Part shown: positions 29,737 to 32,000 of the stretch, piece after piece
How the letters are laid out: each line of letters starts with the position of its first letter
How positions within the stretch are numbered: position 1 is the first letter of the stretch
Origin: Kiritimatiella glycovorans
GTDB taxonomy: Bacteria; Verrucomicrobiota; Kiritimatiellia; Kiritimatiellales; Kiritimatiellaceae
Reading direction: 5' to 3'
DNA length: 32,000 nt
NCBI RefSeq assembly: GCF_001017655.1
Contig: NZ_CP010904.1
Location: 300,001 to 332,000 of the forward strand
Translations under genes and position numbers: made by a program
Notes under the pieces: model-generated
Told to the model about the DNA's origin: nothing
The model's input: the letters and a program-made list of their open reading frames with translations, nothing else
Database searches by the model: none

Positions 29737-30554
29737 AAACAAACCTGATTATGACGGCGGCGGTGTTCTGTTTCGCGGCCGCGGCCGCGGCCGCCGACCT
29801 GAGCGCGGATGAAATCGTGGAACGCGCGCAGCGCGCGAACTACTACCAGGGCGACGACGGACGCGCCCGGGTGTCGATGACGATCGTGGACAAGCAGGGG
29901 AGGGAGCGGCTGCGCGAGCTGATCATCCTGCGCAAGGACATGGTGCCCGCAGGGGAGAAAGACGCCGACGACTCGTTTCTCGGCGACCAGCGTTACTACG
30001 CCTACTTCCGCCGCCCCGCCGACGTCCGCAAGACGGTCTTCATGGTGTGGAAACATACCGCGCTCGACCGCGACGACGACCGCTGGCTCTACCTGCCGGA
30101 TCTCGATCTGGTCAAGCGCATCGCGTCCTCGGAAGAGCGCACGAGCTTCGTGGGCACCCACTTTTTCTACGAGGACGTCTCCGGGCGCACCGCTGCGGAA
30201 GACACGCATGAGCTGGTGGAGACGACGGAGAACTACTACGTGCTCCGGCACGATCCGAAAGAACCGAAGCAGGTCGAGTTCGCCTACTACAAGACGTGGA
30301 TTCACCGGGAGTCGTTCCTCGTGGTGCAGTCGAAGTATTACGACGACCGCGACGAGGTCTACCGCACGTACACGGCGGAGTCGGTCGAGACGATCGACGG
30401 CCACCCCACGGTCGTCAGGGCGCGCATGAGCGACGAGCGCCTCGGCGGACACACCACGGCCGAGTACAGCGGGGTGCGGTATGACGTCGGCCTGCCCGAC
30501 GACATCTTCACCGAGCGCTACCTCCGGAAGGCGCCGATCGAGTATCTGCGATAA
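29733..30554 (+). CDS. LolA-like outer membrane lipoprotein-sorting family protein (273 aa)
   Basis: ATG 29733 overlaps the RND stop (ATGA), in frame with track ORF 29484..30554. Signal peptide MKTNLIMTAAVFCFAAAAAAA. Motifs typical of the LolA-like partners of COG1033 exporters (DRWLYLPDLDLVKRI, SFVGTHFFYEDV). Assigned by remembered family resemblance and context. Confidence 0.7.
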   Translation: MKTNLIMTAAVFCFAAAAAAADLSADEIVERAQRANYYQGDDGRARVSMTIVDKQGRERLRELIILRKDMVPAGEKDADDSFLGDQRYYAYFRRPADVRKTVFMVWKHTALDRDDDRWLYLPDLDLVKRIASSEERTSFVGTHFFYEDVSGRTAAEDTHELVETTENYYVLRHDPKEPKQVEFAYYKTWIHRESFLVVQSKYYDDRDEVYRTYTAESVETIDGHPTVVRARMSDERLGGHTTAEYSGVRYDVGLPDDIFTERYLRKAPIEYLR

Positions 30555-30576
30555 CCCGAAAGCAGTACAGGTTCCC

Positions 30577-32000
30577 ATGAAACACAGCCCTACCTGCAAG
30601 TCGAACCGGTCCGCGGGCCTGCGTGTGGCGGCCCGGGCCGCCCTCGGCGGGATGCTGCTCGCGCTCTGCACGCGGGCGGAGGAACCCGCATTGCCCCCGG
30701 GCCTCGGGGGGGGAGGGAACGAAGGCCGTGCCGAAGAGCCCGCACTGCCCTCCGGCCTGAGTAGCGGCGGCCAGCCGGCCCCGGCAGCCGAGCCGGAAGA
30801 CGGGGGCGGGCCGGATAAACCGTTCAAGCTGCCGTTCGAGTGGTACGGGTTCTGGGAGACCCGCATCGGCAGCCGGCTGCAGAACGATCCGCACACCGCG
30901 GAGGACCTGATCCTCGGCGAGACCCGCCTGCAGCTCGCGGCCTCGAAACGCCTGCCCGACGTCGGATTCAATGTCGTCGCCGACTTCCTCTACGATGAGG
31001 CTGCGGAGGAAGTCGGAGTGGAACTCGACCGCGGCGAGGGATGGATCGACCTGCGCGAGGCGAACGTGCTCTGGTCGCCGCGCTCCGACCTCGACCTCAA
31101 GATCGGGCGGCAGGTGCTGACGTGGGGCACCGGCGACATGCTGTTCATCAACGACAACTTCCCGAAGGACTGGCGTTCGTATTTCATCGGACGCGACGAG
31201 GAGTATCTCAAGGCCCCGTCCGATGCGGTCAAGGCCTCGTGGTTCAACCCGGTGGTGAACGTGGATTTGGTCTACACCCCGAAGTTCGACCACGACCGCT
31301 ACATCGACGGACAGCGCGTTTCGGTACTCGATCCGCCCGCGGGCGAAGACGCGGTGATGGATGCCGTGGCGCCGGACGAGTGGCTGGATAACGACGAGAT
31401 CGCCTTCCGCCTGCACCGCATGTTCGGGAGGTACGAGACGGCCCTCTACGGCTACGACGGATACTGGAAGAGTCCCGGCGGGCAGCGACCCGACGGACGG
31501 ATGACCTTCCCGCGGCTGGCGGTGTGGGGCGCGAGCGTGCGCGGGCCCCTGGCGGGCGGGATCGGCAACTTTGAAACCGGCTACTACGACTCGAAGGAGG
31601 ACCGCGGCGGCGACGACCCGCGGGTCAATAACAGCGAGTGGCGCGTGCTCGCGGGATACGAACGCGACCTGAAATCCGTCGCCAGCGACTTCACCGTGGG
31701 TCTGCAGTATTACGTGGAGTGGATGCAGGATCATGAGGACTATCTCTCTGCGCTGCCCGCAGGCGCCGCCGCGCGCGAAGAGGACCGTCACGTCGCAACC
31801 GTACGGCTCACGAAACTGCTGATGCGGCAGACCGTGGAACTGTCGCTGTTCACCTACTGGTCGCCCACGGACCACGACCTCTACGCGCGGCCGTACGCGG
31901 GCTGGGACCTGACCGATCAGTGGAAGATCGAAGCCGGCGGCAATCTCTTTCTCGGCGAAGACGACCACACCTTTTTCGGGCGCTTCGAGCGCAACAGCAA
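30577..32000 (+). CDS. putative outer-membrane beta-barrel protein (partial; 3' end outside the window)
   Basis: Not in the ORF track because no stop is reached. My manual translation from ATG 30577 stays open to 32000 (474+ codons). Signal peptide (AALGGMLLALCTRA), Pro/Gly-rich repeats, then Tyr/Trp/Gly/Asp-rich alternating segments (GQVLTWGTGDMLFINDNFPKDW; ALYGYDGYW; GNFETGYYDS) typical of DUF1302-like or alginate-export-like barrels. Confidence 0.6.
   Translation, partial: MKHSPTCKSNRSAGLRVAARAALGGMLLALCTRAEEPALPPGLGGGGNEGRAEEPALPSGLSSGGQPAPAAEPEDGGGPDKPFKLPFEWYGFWETRIGSRLQNDPHTAEDLILGETRLQLAASKRLPDVGFNVVADFLYDEAAEEVGVELDRGEGWIDLREANVLWSPRSDLDLKIGRQVLTWGTGDMLFINDNFPKDWRSYFIGRDEEYLKAPSDAVKASWFNPVVNVDLVYTPKFDHDRYIDGQRVSVLDPPAGEDAVMDAVAPDEWLDNDEIAFRLHRMFGRYETALYGYDGYWKSPGGQRPDGRMTFPRLAVWGASVRGPLAGGIGNFETGYYDSKEDRGGDDPRVNNSEWRVLAGYERDLKSVASDFTVGLQYYVEWMQDHEDYLSALPAGAAAREEDRHVATVRLTKLLMRQTVELSLFTYWSPTDHDLYARPYAGWDLTDQWKIEAGGNLFLGEDDHTFFGRFERNS

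Noticed and set aside
29625-31968. Minus-strand ORFs 29625..30971 (448 aa) and 30508..31968 (486 aa).
   Set aside because: Antisense to the LolA-like gene and to the untracked OM-barrel gene (open from 30577 to the window end). Shadow-ORF composition.
1-32000. Visual search for tRNA/tmRNA T-loop-like GGTTCGA motifs, rRNA, transposase/integrase/recombinase genes and known defence genes (RM, TA, Cas, CBASS, retron RT).
   Set aside because: None found by eye in any frame of the ORF track or in the intergenic DNA. This is not exhaustive; tRNAscan-SE, Infernal, PADLOC or DefenseFinder would be the decisive checks.

Overview
High-GC (roughly 63-66% by eye), densely coding bacterial chromosomal window. 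I found no rRNA, tRNA, CRISPR, transposase, integrase or recognisable defence genes.

Gene order:
1. 21-8527: a type IV pilus / T2SS-like assembly locus. It holds a divergent ExeA/GspA-like AAA+ ATPase, two prepilin-type pseudopilins, a 578-aa PilX/GspK-like protein, a small membrane protein, PilM/N/O/P-like proteins and a secretin. Most genes are linked by 4-nt start/stop overlaps.
2. 8654-10654: a parvulin PPIase and a small hypothetical on the minus strand, then peptide deformylase.
3. 10760-12659: a second pseudopilin cluster (GspH/I/J-like).
4. 12733-20445: a colinear phosphate block, phoB-phoR-pstS-pstC-pstA-pstB-phoU.
5. 20531-21754: a class I aminotransferase.
6. 22136-25598, minus strand: a ROK sugar kinase plus znuB-znuC-znuA.
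7. 26433-32000: an ArsR/SmtB-family regulator, an HAE3/MMPL-type RND exporter, a LolA-like protein and an outer-membrane barrel that runs off the window.

I did not find a clearly novel protein-coding system. The least explained content is non-coding and sits in two repeat-rich spacers (21755-22135 and 25599-26432):
- two copies of a ~150-bp element that folds into a three-way junction;
- inverted copies of a GAGTAC/GCGTAC hexamer-array element that bracket the ROK-znu cassette;
- a 144-bp MITE-like insertion with 19-bp terminal inverted repeats and a 9-bp target-site duplication;
- an AT-rich near-consensus promoter abutting the arsR start codon.

A CTAACA direct-repeat motif upstream of both phoB and pstS is a candidate Pho box. 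Many long antisense ORFs in the track are high-GC shadow ORFs and were rejected.
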